Shown: positions 63,366-64,000 of the stretch, piece after piece
Layout: every line of letters starts with the position of its first letter
How positions within the stretch are numbered: position 1 is the stretch's first letter
Assembly: GCA_964247055.1 (NCBI GenBank)
Contig: OZ176053.1
Location: 9,548,001-9,612,000 of the forward strand
Length of the DNA: 64,000 bases
From: Paragordius varius
Lineage: Eukaryota; Animalia; Nematomorpha
Direction: 5' to 3'
Program-made: the position numbers and the translations under genes
The notes under the pieces: generated by a model
The model's database searches: none
What the model was told of the DNA's origin: nothing
The model's input: only the letters and a program-made list of their open reading frames with translations

Positions 63366-64000
63366 GTTAAATATAAAATTTTATTTTATATATTTTATAG
63401 CCAATAATTATTTTTTAATTTTTGGTGTGTGAAACAGTAATATCAACCGCTTTATTAAATTCAAAAAACATACTAGTATTAAATGCATGTCTTAATATTT
63501 TATATAATTAGGTCTTTTTTTTAAAAATAATCAGGAATTATAATAAGCTGTAATAAAGATTATTTGCCTAATTTTTGTTGAACAAAGCTAAAGTTAATAA
63601 TGAAAAAATTCATTCACCGAAATCGGTGCCGTAATTTTTTATTATATTTGGTTTTAATTAATTTTACATTAAGATTTTATAATGAGGTTACTAATCAATA
63701 TATGTTTTGAATTTCATCTACTATATGAAATACTAATAAATTGCCTTTATATATTAAAATTCAACTGAATATATTGTTAATATTTCCTAAAAAGGTTTAC
63801 TTAACCTTATTAATTTATAATTAATGAAAATATTTTTTATATAATTTAATTTTCTATGTTAAGTGCTGGTATTATCCCCACCAATCAAATTAATAAATAT
63901 TTTTTTTAAAAAAATTGTCAATAGCATATTTTTCATTCTCAGCCCTTCTAACATTTATTTTATTTTAGTATATTCGCTATATAATTTTTAATGGATTGCA

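Overview
Very AT-rich, intron-containing eukaryotic (invertebrate animal-like) genomic DNA. No rRNA, tRNA or CRISPR array is visible, and most short ORFs in the supplied track are spurious or single exons. I reconstructed the spliced genes by hand. They are: (-) an LDLa+SRCR gene fragment (323-6855); (-) a chymotrypsin-fold serine protease with a probable N-terminal membrane anchor (11651-~20030); (+) an SLC13/Indy-type Na+:carboxylate/sulfate cotransporter (24101-35285); (+) a mitochondrial-clan cytochrome P450 (41168-49138); and a tight head-to-head pair, MED18 (-) and MEPCE/bin3 (+), with 37 nt between the likely start codons. Introns and intergenic DNA are packed with decayed elements: Penelope-like retroelements (PLEs), Buster-type hAT elements and MITEs, mariner relics, an RTE-like LINE and long foldback elements. 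Most notable signals: (1) six ultra-short introns of 22-28 nt, required to restore conserved SLC13 and MED18 reading frames, one apparently GT-TG, alongside ~60-85 nt and kb-scale introns; (2) two independent PLEs arranged as head-to-head inverted duplications inside introns, one a ~2 kb palindrome with a minimal hammerhead ribozyme motif at each end; (3) the MED18/MEPCE pair, whose 5' ends probably overlap. All family assignments come from remembered motifs, not database searches.
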